From Candidatus Hydrogenedentota bacterium (GTDB taxonomy: Bacteria; Hydrogenedentota; Hydrogenedentia; Hydrogenedentales; SLHB01), in NCBI GenBank assembly GCA_963745075.1, contig CAVUWV010000024.1:1-64000 (forward strand): a stretch of DNA of 64,000 bases, written 5' to 3'. The notes beneath the pieces were generated by a model that ran no database searches, had not been told where the DNA came from, and saw only the letters and a list, made by a program, of their open reading frames with translations. Positions within the stretch are counted from its first letter, which is position 1. Each line of letters starts with the position of its first letter. The translations under genes and the position numbers were made by a program. Shown here piece after piece: positions 53,177-64,000 of the stretch.

Positions 53177-55297
53177 ATGAATCTCTTGCTTGTTCTTCTG
53201 GCTTCCGTCAGTGCGGCTGGCGGTACCGCGGCGAGTGGTACCGTGACTGACTTCGGCCCGGTCCGTGCGGAGTTCGATTTGCGCACGATGTTGACCGACT
53301 ACGTGGTGCGCAAAAGTTGCGACGCGCTCAAAAGTACTGCCACTCGGCGGCGGGATGCCTTTCGCAGCGGCGAATGGGAAGCATGGCGGGATAATGTCCG
53401 CGGGGCCGTTCGGCAAGGGTTGGGGCCGATGCCCTTTGGCGCTGACGGTGGGCCCCTCAACGTCCGTGTCGTCTCCAAGCAGGAGCGGCCGGGATATGTG
53501 TTGGAGAACGTGCTGTTCGAGTCGTTGCCGGGACTCGACGTGAACGGGTCCGTCTACCTGCCTTTGGCAAAGGACTTCCCGCCGCCTTGGCCGGCCATCG
53601 TGGTGCCGGTCGGGCACAGCGCCAAGACCACGCCGAACTACCAATTGCCGGCGCAGGTCTTCGCGCGGCGCGGGTATGTCGCTATTACGTTCGACCCACC
53701 CGACATGGCCGGGGAGAAACCCGTCGGCAACGACCATTTTCGCGACGGTGTACGTTGCTACCTGACGGGCCAATCGTCGAATCGGTACTTCGTCATCGAC
53801 GCGTTGCGCTGTATCGACTATCTCGCTTCACGCGATGACATCGACATGAGCCACGGCGTGGGCATGACCGGCGTCAGCGGCGGCGGAATGACCACCATGT
53901 TCGCGACCCTGCTCGACGATCGCATCGCCGCGTCGGGTCCCGCGTGTTGCGCGGTACCGTTGGCGATGCATCCTGTACTCGATGGATACGCACCATGTCC
54001 CGAGACCCTGGCCTTCGACCGTTTCAATTCCTACGACGACACGGATGTCCTGGCCGCCGCCGTGCCCAAGCCCCTCCTGCTGATGGCCGGTGCGGCCGAC
54101 GAAGTGTTCACGGCGGATATGAGCCGTAGCATCGCCGATGACGTGACCGAGTCTTTCAATGCGGCGGATTTGCCGGACCGGTTTTCCTTCTTTCTCGATC
54201 CGGGCGGACATGCCTATACCGTGGCCATGGCGGAGCATTTTGCCGATTGGATGGACCAGTGGGTTCGGGGGTCAAAAAGTCGTCCCACTGCACCGTTCAC
54301 CGAAGCCGATCTCGAAGTGCTCCCGGCGGACACGCTGGCGTGTCATCCCCGGCAAGACGTGAACATGTTTGTTGCGAACCGGCTCGAAGCGGAGAAGCTT
54401 CGCGAATCGCGCGACGGCGATCCCGTTGCCGTCGCGCGGACCCTGGCAGGACTTGACGGCGAAATCCGGGTTCCGAATGCGAAAGCAAACGAGCCTGCGC
54501 TGGTGTGGTTTCACTACGTGCAGGAACTATTGCTCGAACCGGAACCCGGAATCGCACTGCCCTCCACATTTCTGTATCCATCGGATGAGGCATGGCGAGG
54601 CGGTACCGTATTGTACTTCGACGACCGCGGTCGTTGGGCCGACCTGCGGTCGCAGGGCCTTTTGACCAAGCTGGCCCGGTTCATCGACCACGACCACGAG
54701 CGCTTCGCAGTCATGACCGTCGATCTGCGCGGCTGGGGTGATACGAAGCCCGCGGATCAGCGCTACGACATGGCCGGGTGGGGCAGCCGTGAACGGTGGC
54801 TGGCCTACGTTTCCGCCGCGCTCGGCGACCCCGTTATGGCCATGCGCATCCGCGACGGTGTCGCGTCGCTCGCCTACCTCCGCAGCCGCGCCGAAGTCGA
54901 CCCCGAACGCATCGTCATCGGCGGACGCGGTCTCGGCGCGGTTGTTGCACTCCACGTCGCCGCCGTCGATGGAAACGTCGCGGGTGTGTTCGCCTTGGAC
55001 GGTCTGGCGACCTTTGAATCCCTGGCCGCGTCCGAGTCGTACACCTGGTCTCCGGAAGCGTTCTACCCGAACGTACTCAAGTATTATGATCTGCCGGAGT
55101 TAGCGCGCGCGCTGAAGATGCCGGTGGTTATTGCGAATCCGTTGGACGAGGCGAAGAGCTCGTGGAATCCGGAGGACGCAAGACGCTTGTATGGCAGAGA
55201 TGACGACGATACCCGCGCCAGGGTAATTGTAGTGAGTGACGTCAGCGACTGTGTCGAGTTTGTCCATGGTCTGTTGGCCACGACGGGATCGCAATAA
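53177..55297 (+). CDS. Tandem alpha/beta-hydrolase (acetylxylan esterase-like)
   Basis: ENVLFESLPG, GH, IDYL.SR.DID, TGVSGGG nucleophile elbow; second domain VDLRGWG..GRGLGA lacks the Ser. Confidence 0.8.
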   Translation: MNLLLVLLASVSAAGGTAASGTVTDFGPVRAEFDLRTMLTDYVVRKSCDALKSTATRRRDAFRSGEWEAWRDNVRGAVRQGLGPMPFGADGGPLNVRVVSKQERPGYVLENVLFESLPGLDVNGSVYLPLAKDFPPPWPAIVVPVGHSAKTTPNYQLPAQVFARRGYVAITFDPPDMAGEKPVGNDHFRDGVRCYLTGQSSNRYFVIDALRCIDYLASRDDIDMSHGVGMTGVSGGGMTTMFATLLDDRIAASGPACCAVPLAMHPVLDGYAPCPETLAFDRFNSYDDTDVLAAAVPKPLLLMAGAADEVFTADMSRSIADDVTESFNAADLPDRFSFFLDPGGHAYTVAMAEHFADWMDQWVRGSKSRPTAPFTEADLEVLPADTLACHPRQDVNMFVANRLEAEKLRESRDGDPVAVARTLAGLDGEIRVPNAKANEPALVWFHYVQELLLEPEPGIALPSTFLYPSDEAWRGGTVLYFDDRGRWADLRSQGLLTKLARFIDHDHERFAVMTVDLRGWGDTKPADQRYDMAGWGSRERWLAYVSAALGDPVMAMRIRDGVASLAYLRSRAEVDPERIVIGGRGLGAVVALHVAAVDGNVAGVFALDGLATFESLAASESYTWSPEAFYPNVLKYYDLPELARALKMPVVIANPLDEAKSSWNPEDARRLYGRDDDDTRARVIVVSDVSDCVEFVHGLLATTGSQ

Positions 55298-55316
55298 TGC
55301 GGCCTCGCATCCACAC

Positions 55317-55342
55317 CGTCATTCCCGCGAACGCGGGAATCC
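55317..55342. repeat. Single REP-like palindrome CGTCATTCCCGCGAACGCGGGAATCC
   Basis: ATTCCCGCG/CGCGGGAAT hairpin between convergent genes. Confidence 0.7.
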
Positions 55343-55379
55343 ATCTTCTGCGTCCACCCGAAATCGAAAGTGCGTAAAC

Positions 55380-57315
55380 CTATCTCGGTTCCGCTTTCGT
55401 CGTCAGCTGCAACCCCGCTTCCGGCTGCTCGGTCCGCACCACGATGCACGTATGATGATTCTTCGGGTCGTCGCTCCCGTCGTGGCCTTTTAACGTATTG
55501 TCCGGAAGCTTCACCTGCGTAACGGTCAACGGTGCATTCCCGGTCAGCGAGATGGTGGCGTTGGGCCACGTGACGGTATAGCGCTCTCCTTCTCCCGCGA
55601 TTTTGACCTCGTCTTCTGTGCCGAGGTGCCAGCGGAAGAGGATGACCTGTTCCGCCCCTTCTGAGAGGGCGACGTTCATCAGAAACGGTCAGGGAGTTTG
55701 CGTCCCACGCGACGTGGCGCGTCCAGCGTGTGAGGCCGTCGTAGCAGGCCGTGGCATCGACGGACACCTCCCCGCCGTTAGCGTCGAGGCGCGTCACGGT
55801 GATGGGCGCGACGCCACCGCGTTTCTGCCAGCCGGGGTGCGAGACGGTTTTGCCGGTGTCGCTCGCGGACTCGGGCTCGACGGCGCCGAGTTGGAGCACG
55901 TTGTGGCCCACGCCGGAGCTGTAGTGCGTCATGATCTGGGGATGGCTGTACGAGGGTGTGCCCGCTTCGATCAGGATCGGCCGGCCGTGCGCAACGAAAT
56001 TCACGTGACCGCGATCCTGGTGATCGTGCTGATCGAGGGGATGCCCGCCGCGCACCCATACGCCCGTGCCGTTCCGTTCCCAACTGTCGCGCCAGTTCAC
56101 ACGCGCCGCCCGTTCGTATGCGGCGAAGAGTGGGGGAGCCGCATCCGGTCCGACGGGCGGCAACGCCCGCGCGGCGAGTCCGGCGAGGTCGTCCGAGGGA
56201 CCGTCCAAATAATATTGCAGCGCCCAGCGTGCGACCGGATCGCCGGTACACATGGCCGCCAGGGACAGGAGCGGCCGGGTATGGTCCGCCGCGCCGTACG
56301 CGCCGCCCGCGTCGAAACAGTTGATTACCATGTCGCCGGGTTGAAAGTGATGCACGAGCCACGTGGGGAAGTGCTTGAGAAAAGGATGATCGATGGCCCG
56401 GCGATCGCCGGTCACGGCCATGGCGTGGGCCGCATGCAACATGGACGTGACCGTGAACTGGGCGTAGCCGAACCCTTCCTCGAATTCGCCATGGTCGCCA
56501 TGTGCATCGAACGCGCGCATGAGGTTGGTCACGCCAAGCGAATAGGCATCGGGATGCGTATCTTTGCCGAGGATCAGGCAGGCGCGCACGAGTCCTTCCG
56601 TGGGAAGCACCCATTGGTTCGTGTTGGGATTGTCTCCCCGGATGAACCAACTGCGTTTCGTGTTCCAATCGTCCACCACGCCCGCGATCTCGCCTTCGAG
56701 CAGTTGGTGCAGACGGTTTACAAGCTCGGGACTCAAACTGCCTTCGGGCAACAAGTCCAAGGTGTCGCCAATTGCGCGCACTCCACATCCCGTGGCCAGC
56801 CAGTTGCCGTCTTTTCCATCGGCGGGCAAACGATTGCCCGGCGTGTAGAGCGTCCATCCCGGCCGTTGCAACGGCGACCACGACGCCATCTCATCGAGTT
56901 GCGCCACGACTCGATCCAGGAGCTTTGGGTCCTTGGTGAGCCGGTATCCCGCCGCCAGGAGCGGCAATTCGCCCGCGAGCGTGTTGCACGCGGCAAAGTC
57001 CGACATGGCCAAGGCGAACTGTTCTTTGATCTCCGGCTCGAGTTGTTCGCTACGCCCGTCGAGCCACGTGCGGTTCTGCCCGACTTCGCCGAGCGCATGG
57101 GCCCGGCGAATGATGGGGGACTCCGCGGCCTCTCGCGCGGATGTGACGATCGTTTCACGCGCCGTGTTGAGTGCGGGATTTCCTTCCGCCTCGTCAAGCA
57201 ATGCACCCCAACTCAGCACCGGCGGCATCGCATCGCCGGATTCCTGAGCGTTTACGCCACTCGCGGCGCCGATTCCGGCCACTACCAAAATGAATATAAC
57301 TGCTAATGTCCTCAT
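55380..57315 (-). CDS. Heparinase II/III-like protein, frameshift at ~55680
   Basis: Signal peptide; TNQW, GEFEEGFGY, HDHQDRGHV, IEAGTPSY, GHNVL; C-terminus in ORF 55380-55679. Confidence 0.8.
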
Positions 57316-57446
57316 GACCGACTCCCATCGATGAACATGTATCCTTCGTTAAGCTCTCATGCCGTGTTGTGTCGACGATTCGTGCGACGATGACGTTACC
57401 GCGTGTTCAGCGAAGTGTAGCATCCGCTGAGTGTTGATAGTTACGC

Positions 57447-57615
57447 AAGAACATCCCCCTTGATCCCCCTTCAAAGGGGGAAGTTTGCGTACCCTCGGTT
57501 GTGGTGATATCAGTCGTGACCGGTTCGGAAACTGGACTTTAACTATCCTTAAAACACGACGCAAAGTGTCGTGACTAATTCCCCCTTTGAAGGGGGATCA
57601 AGGGGGATGTTCTTC
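57447..57615. repeat. Second copy of the CCCCCTT/AAGGGGG inverted doublet
   Basis: Arms 57447-57482 and 57579-57615 match those at 9634-9802; internal segment differs. Confidence 0.9.
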
Positions 57616-57891
57616 GTTTCCTGTCCAATCCGTGACGGGTATCGAATGCCCAGTCAAGCTGTGGTGCCAGCCACAATTAGCGATTCTGCAACCACAATTC
57701 ACAGTGGAGGCACCCATTCCCGGACCCAATACCGTGCCTGGTTGCCCTGCGAAGCATTGAACGGACTCCGCAATCGCACCTATAGTACCTTATCGCGGCC
57801 TGGAAACCGGGTGATAAGACGGCCGCATTACGAGGGTGCACCTGAGAACGCGTCATCGAGAACGTTCCTGGTAAATTTGGGGGCCTTATTC

Positions 57892-60800
57892 GTGCGTACG
57901 ATTCGAGCATTACCGACGTTGATCGCGATTGCGGCGCTTGCCAGCGTTTCGAGCTGGGCTGAGGTGCGCATCTGGGAAGAAGCGGTTACCATCCCCACCT
58001 ACCCCGTGCAACCGGCGGATCCCAACCCGCGGTTCTACGAAGGACGGGTGTATCAGGGCGCCCAGGGACCCGTGTATCCCTACGCCATGCTGGATGGCTT
58101 GTCGGACGACAAGGAGGACCGCACATACCAGGCGGTGTACCTGGAGAATGAGTACGTCCGTATTTGCGTCTTGCCGGAGATCGGCGGGCGCATCTTTGAA
58201 GCCCTCGACAAGACCGACGGCTACGACTTCTTTTACCGGCAACACGTGATCAAGCCGGACCTCATCGGCATGCTCGGCGCCTGGATCTCCGGCGGCGTCG
58301 AATGGTGTGTCTTCCATCACCACCGCAACACGACCTTCATGCCGGTCGATCACGTTCTTGTGGACAACCCGGACGGCAGCAAGACGGTCTGGGTCGGCGA
58401 GACGGAGCGGCGGCACCGAATGCGCTGGATCATCGGCATGACCCTGTCGCCGGGCAGTTCGCGTCTCGACGTGACCGTGAAACTGTTCAATCGCACGCCG
58501 TATGCGAACACGATGTTGTACTGGGCCAACGTGGCCATTCATTCCACGGATGGCTACCAGGTTATCTTTCCGCCCTCCGTGCAGTATGCGACCTTCCATG
58601 GCAAGCACGAATTCACCCACTGGCCCATTTCGGCCGAGGTGTACTACGGGCAGGACTACACGAAAGGGGTCGACGTGAGTTGGTGGAAGAGCCACCCGAA
58701 CCCCTCGTCTTTCTTCGCGTGGAATCCACAAGACGATTTCTTCGCGGGGTACGATCACGACAAGCAGGCGGGCGTGGCGCACGTGGCGGACCACCATGTC
58801 GTGCCGGGCATGAAACTGTGGACCTGGGGGACGAACTCGACCTGGGACCGCGTGAAACTGACCGACGACGACGGTCCCTACGCAGAGATTATGGCTGGCG
58901 CCTATTCCGACAACCAGCCCGATTACAGTTGGATCCAGCCTCACGAGGTCAAGGTTTTCACGCAGAGTTGGTATCCCTTGCGCGAAATGGACGGCGTGCG
59001 CAACGCGAACCGGGATGCCGCGGTCAACATTACCGTAACGCCTGAAGGGAAGATCCACTTCGCCGCGAACTCGACGGCCCGGCATGACAAGGCGTCGATT
59101 GTGGTCAAGGCGGGCGATAACCTCGTCTACCAGGAGGATATCACCATCGATCCGGCGAATCCCTATTTCAACGAAGTGAAGAAGCCCGACGATGTTACTG
59201 ATGACGACCTGAGCATCGCGCTTCTGGACGGCGACGGACAGGAATTGGTCTCGTATCACCCGGTGAAACGCGAGGCCGAACCCATGCCGGATCCGGTCAC
59301 GCCGCCGCCTGCGCCGGAAGAAATCAAAACCGTCGAAGAACTCTACCTCACCGGGCTGCGTCTTGAACAATTCTACAACCCGTCCGTGGACCCGCGTCCA
59401 TACTACGAGGAAGCCCTGAAACGCGACCCCGGCGACTCGCGCGTCAATACCGTCATGGCGGTGAACGCCTGCAAGCGCGGGGAGTTCGCCGAGGCCGAGG
59501 ATCACCTTCGTCTCGCCCTGGATCGAATCACGAAGAACTATACGCGCCCGAAAGACGGCGAACCCTACTACTATCTCGGCGTCGCGTTGTCCGCCCAGGG
59601 TAAGCAGGATGAGGCGTACGACGCGTACAGCCGCGCGGCGTGGAGTATCGCCTGGTACGCGCCCAGCATGTTCGCGCTCGCGCAACTGGATTGTGTCAAT
59701 GGCGATTATGAGCGCGCCTTGGAACACGTGGACAATGCGTTGGCAGGGGATGCGCGTGATACTAAGGCGATAGATCTGCGCGCTGCGATTTTGCGGCATT
59801 TGGACCGTGTTGAAGAGGCGACGAAGCAGACCGACGCGTCGCTGACTATCGATCCCCTGGATTTCTATGGTGCGAACGAGCGGTATCTTGCAGATGTCGC
59901 TCGCGGCAAGAAGGGCAAAGCCGACAACGTACTTGATGAACTCAACGTGCGGATGCGGGGCGACGTTCATTCCCATATGGAGTTGGCGTCGGACTATATG
60001 GAAGCCGCCATGTGGGACGAAGCCGTCGACGTGCTCAAGCGGCTGGAACGTCACCGGCGGTGCAAGCGGTAGCACGTATCCCATGCTCTATTACTACCTC
60101 GCTTACTGCCTGGAACAAAAAGGTGACGGCGCGGAAGCGGAGAAGTACTACGAAGTGGCGCCCACCATGCCCGGTACGTATTGTTTCCCGTACCGCCTGG
60201 AGTCGATTCACATTCTCAGACATGCCATGGAACGGGACCCTGGGGACGGACGGGCGCCCTATTACCTGGGTAATCTGCTCTACGACCGTCAGCCCGACGC
60301 GGCAGTGGAGTCTTGGGAAACGGCCCGCGCCATCGACCCCAATCAGGCGACCCTTCAGCGGAATCTTGGATTTGCCTACTCGAAGAAGAATGAAATCGAC
60401 AAGGCCATCGCGAGTTACGAAGCCTCCGTGCAATGTAATTCCGATGACCCTCGCGTGTTCTACGAGGCCGAATTGATTTACGAAAAAGCCGGCGTGGACC
60501 CGAAGGTGCGCTTGGCGCTGCTGGACAAGAATCCTGACACGGTGTTCAAGCGGGACGATTTGATCGCGCGAAGGATCGAGTTGCAGGTCCAGGCGGGTCG
60601 ATACGACGACGCGATAGACACACTAAGCAACCGCACCTTCGACACCTGGGAGGGTGGCGGCGGCATTCACGACGTATATGTCAACGCCCGCATCTTGCGG
60701 GGTCTTGCCGCCTTGCACCGGAACAACGTCGATGCGGGGTTGGCCGATTTAGTTGCCGCACTCGACTATCCCGCCAACTTGGGAGTGGATCGTCCCGGTA

Positions 60801-61246
60801 CGGATCCCAAGGCTGCGCGGACCGAGTACCTCATCGGCTTGGCCTGCGAATCGAAAGGCGATGCTGGACAAGCACAGACCCACTTTGAAACTGCGGCCGG
60901 AACGGATGTCCAGACGACTGACTACCGCTATTACAAAGGTCAAGCCTTGCGTAAACTGGGGAAGGATGCGGACGCGCAGGCACTTTTCGACGCGCTAATC
61001 GCCGACGGTACCAAGGAACTTGAAGAAGGCGGCAACGTCGACTTCTTCGCGGCATTCGGCGAGAAGGTCTCTCATGACAAACGCATGGCGAATGCCCATT
61101 ATACGATCGGACTCGGCCTTCTCGGGAAAGAACAGACGGACGAGGCGGGCGACCATTTCGCAGAAACGTTGAAGCTGGACCCCAACCATCTCTGGGTACG
61201 GGAACTGATGTCCGGTATTGCCGCGCCCGCGACAAATCGAAATTAA
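57892..61246 (+). CDS. DUF5107 domain + TPR protein, frameshift at ~60050
   Basis: YQGAQGPVYPY, LENEYV..LPEIGGRI, GAWISGGVEW, HVADHHVVPG.K.WTWG; TPRs continue in ORF 59867-61246. Confidence 0.85.
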
Positions 61247-61755
61247 AAGACTTCGACGCGGTATTCGCGCCGCGCCGCCACCGTCTCACGTTTGTCGCGG
61301 ACTTCGGTTACGTCGTGAAACGTCCAAACGCGGCCGCAGAGGCCGTCATCGATCACGAGCGGGAGTGAGTGGCGTTCAAAGACTCTTCCATCCTTGAAAT
61401 GCAGCGTATCCGACGACTCGCTGAAGGACGCGTACAATTCCATTACTCGGGCGAGAAACTCGTCCGGGTCCAGGAGTTGGTCGAGGACAAACTCGAGGAG
61501 TTCGTTGTCATCCCCCGCTTCGATGAGGTCCGGGGGAATATGCCACATGTGCGCGAATTGCCGGTTCGCGAAGACCACGTGGCCTTCTTCATTGACCGCC
61601 AGGATTCCGTCCGCCGCCGAGTCCAGCGTTGCGTATAAGACGCGTTCCTTCTGGCGCATCAAGCGTTCGCGCTCTTCCAGTTCGGCGATTCGTCCCTTCA
61701 ACTCGCGGACTTCGCCGGCATGTGTGAGTTTGGACTTTTCATATTCCGTCGACAT
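61243..61755 (-). CDS. Stand-alone coiled-coil + PAS domain protein
   Basis: LDSAADGILAVNEEGHVVFANRQF..FKDGRVFER..GRVWTFHDVTE; no output domain. Confidence 0.8.
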   Translation of the reverse strand: MSTEYEKSKLTHAGEVRELKGRIAELEERERLMRQKERVLYATLDSAADGILAVNEEGHVVFANRQFAHMWHIPPDLIEAGDDNELLEFVLDQLLDPDEFLARVMELYASFSESSDTLHFKDGRVFERHSLPLVIDDGLCGRVWTFHDVTEVRDKRETVAARREYRVEVF

Positions 61756-62154
61756 TGTTCTGTCCCCCGAACGTTCACGACGTAGCCGACCCCCGTCACG
61801 TCCGAAACTTCTAACCACTTCTAACAAGAACCCAAATCGATTCCGACCGTTGTGGTGCGGACATCCCTGCCTGCAGACGCCATCGGTCCAAAAGCAGCCA
61901 AGATGGCCGCACCACAATCGGACGACTTGGTTTTTGCTAGAAATTCTAACTACATAATAGCACGCTTTCTGGTCCGCTGGAGATTTTTCTGAGCCGACGC
62001 ATGCATCATTCCAGCGTGTGTGGCCGTCGCGCGCCGCGAAAGGTCAGGCAACTGTCCGTAACTCCCGTGGATATCTGGCAATGGCGGGGTATCCGGAGTA
62101 AGATGGGAAGGGTCGTTTCGCGACCGGGGTTGAAGCGAATTGGGGGGCAAGACG

Positions 62155-63465
62155 ATGACTGCAAAGCTGGATCGGAGAGCGTTTCTTGAAGTTGGAGCCG
62201 GCGTCGCGTTGGGTACCGCAGTGGGAATCCTGCCGAGTACAGCGGCGGCGGTGGAGCCGGTAAGAGTCGGCGTTATCGGGACTGGCAATCGCGGGCGAAG
62301 TTTGCTGTCTACCATGGCGAGCCTGCCCGGCGTGGAAGTCCCTGCCATCTGCGATATCGACCCCGACGCAGTCACCAAGGCGAAGGCCCTGTTGGCAGAA
62401 GCGGGACGAGCGGAGCCGGAGACGTATGTCGGGGATGAGCTGTACTACAAGAAACTCCTGGAACGGGACGACCTCGATGCGGTCGTGATCGCCACGTACT
62501 GGCAATGGCACACCCCGATGGCCGTGGATGTAATGAAGGCGGGCAAGTATGTGGCGGTGGAGGTGCCCGCCGCGCTTTCGATCGACGAATGCTGGGACCT
62601 CGTGAAAACCCACGAAGAGACCGGCGTACCTTGCATGATGCTCGAGAACTGGAGTTTTCGCCGCGACAACCTTGCGGTCTTAAACATGATCCGCGCGGGT
62701 TTACTCGGCGAGATGGTTCATTGCCACTGCGCCCACTCCCACGACTGCATCGACCACTGGTTTTTCGACCCCGAAGGCAACATGCGGTGGAGCGCCGAGT
62801 TTCTGGTCAACTACAACCGCGATCAGTATCCCACGCATAGCCTCGGCCCCGTACTGAGCTGGCTCGATATCAACTGTGGCGACGCCTATGCGACATTGAC
62901 GTCCACCGCAACGGATTCTCGCGGGATCAACGCCTACTTCGCACGCCGGTTTGGCCCGGACCATCCCAACGCGAAGCGGGTGTACAAGCAGGGCGACATC
63001 GTAACGTCGGTCGTGCGCACGCGTCAGGGGAAGACGATCGTTATCAATTACGACATGCAACTGCCCCGTCCATACGACAACCGCTGGACCGTGCAAGGGA
63101 CGCTGGGCATCTACAATGAACAGCGGAATTCCGTATATCTCGAAGGGCGAACCGCCGCCTACCATCAGTGGGAAAGTTTCGATCCCTATCAGACCGAATA
63201 TGACCACCCCTGGTGGCGGCAATACGGTCCCGAAGCGGAAAAGGCCGGCCACGCGGGAACCGACTATCTCGAACTGAAACTGTTTCTCGATGCCGTGCGC
63301 ACCAAATCACAGACGCCAATCGATGTCTATGACTCCGTGACCATGAGCTGCATCGTTCCGTTGTCGGGACAATCCATCGAGAATGGCAGCGCGCCGGTCG
63401 AATGTCCGGATTTCACAAAAGGCGCGTGGAAAACCGCCAAGCCGAAGTTCGCCGCGATCCCGTGA
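62155..63465 (+). CDS. Tat-exported Gfo/Idh/MocA protein, GH109-like NAD-dependent glycosidase
   Basis: DRRAFL; GTGNRG; WHTPMAV..GKYVAVEVPAA; CMMLEN; YPTHSLGPV; GHAGTDY. Confidence 0.85.
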   Translation: MTAKLDRRAFLEVGAGVALGTAVGILPSTAAAVEPVRVGVIGTGNRGRSLLSTMASLPGVEVPAICDIDPDAVTKAKALLAEAGRAEPETYVGDELYYKKLLERDDLDAVVIATYWQWHTPMAVDVMKAGKYVAVEVPAALSIDECWDLVKTHEETGVPCMMLENWSFRRDNLAVLNMIRAGLLGEMVHCHCAHSHDCIDHWFFDPEGNMRWSAEFLVNYNRDQYPTHSLGPVLSWLDINCGDAYATLTSTATDSRGINAYFARRFGPDHPNAKRVYKQGDIVTSVVRTRQGKTIVINYDMQLPRPYDNRWTVQGTLGIYNEQRNSVYLEGRTAAYHQWESFDPYQTEYDHPWWRQYGPEAEKAGHAGTDYLELKLFLDAVRTKSQTPIDVYDSVTMSCIVPLSGQSIENGSAPVECPDFTKGAWKTAKPKFAAIP

Positions 63466-63516
63466 GTCGGTGTTTTGCTGGACCGTGAATCCGGATGAAA
63501 TCGGAGGAGAAACCCG

Positions 63517-64000
63517 ATGAGCAAGGGTAAACTGGTCACGATTCTGCTTGCCTGTACCACGTGCGCCATCCTCGCGATGGCGCAACCTCCCGGAGCCAAA
63601 AAGTCCGCGCGCGTAGGGGACATTCTCTGGGTGTGGGGTAACCCGGAAATGGCGAGCCCCGGACCGCACACCGCGTTTACATTTGCAGAAGCATCGCCTT
63701 TGGAGCGCGCGCGTCTGTTAGGCGTTCCAAACGTCATTATGGCGGGCCTCGGCCTGCCCGATGACGACGAAGCAGCCGCCAGGCTGGCGCAGGAAGTTTC
63801 CCGGGCACCGAGGCTCGTGTGGGAGATCGCGCCCGATGCGAACGAAGGCGCCGCCGCGTTTACGTTCGACCAGACCGTTGCACGCGTGAAGCGGTTGGTG
63901 GCGCAGCAACCGCAGATCGAAGGTGTCTTGCTTGATGACATGACCAGTGTGTCCATCGACAAGGGCTTCGAGCCGGCGCACATTCTACGTCTACGGGAAC
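63517..64000 (+). CDS. Secreted hypothetical protein (runs off the window end)
   Basis: GGAGGAG RBS; MSKGKLVTILLACTTCAILAMAQ signal peptide; no stop seen before the window end. Confidence 0.6.
   Translation, partial: MSKGKLVTILLACTTCAILAMAQPPGAKKSARVGDILWVWGNPEMASPGPHTAFTFAEASPLERARLLGVPNVIMAGLGLPDDDEAAARLAQEVSRAPRLVWEIAPDANEGAAAFTFDQTVARVKRLVAQQPQIEGVLLDDMTSVSIDKGFEPAHILRLRE

Overview
High-GC bacterial chromosomal window. The gene content (DUF1549/DUF1553/DUF1501 cluster, PVC-type heme protein, HEAT-repeat protein, Tat-exported Gfo/Idh/MocA oxidoreductases, many carbohydrate-active enzymes) resembles Planctomycetota/Hydrogenedentota-type genomes; this taxonomy is inference. About ten long genes are split by single-base frameshifts, most likely uncorrected long-read indels. 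No rRNA, tRNA or CRISPR array was found. Highlights: (1) a ~2.9 kb REP-bounded block (14290-17234) holding a REP-associated HUH tyrosine transposase (RAYT), a divergent D5/P4-type SF3 helicase and an iteron-like origin, with no integrase or phage genes; (2) a tandem 7-Cys/1-His repeat inside a large LRR/cytochrome c/DUF1549/DUF1553 protein downstream of a ZIP metal transporter; (3) a tandemly triplicated HGSNAT-like membrane gene with a translationally coupled partner and a duplicated promoter; (4) several unrelated REP-like palindrome families in intergenic gaps; (5) a degraded GxxExxY nuclease-like gene with its own flanking short repeats.
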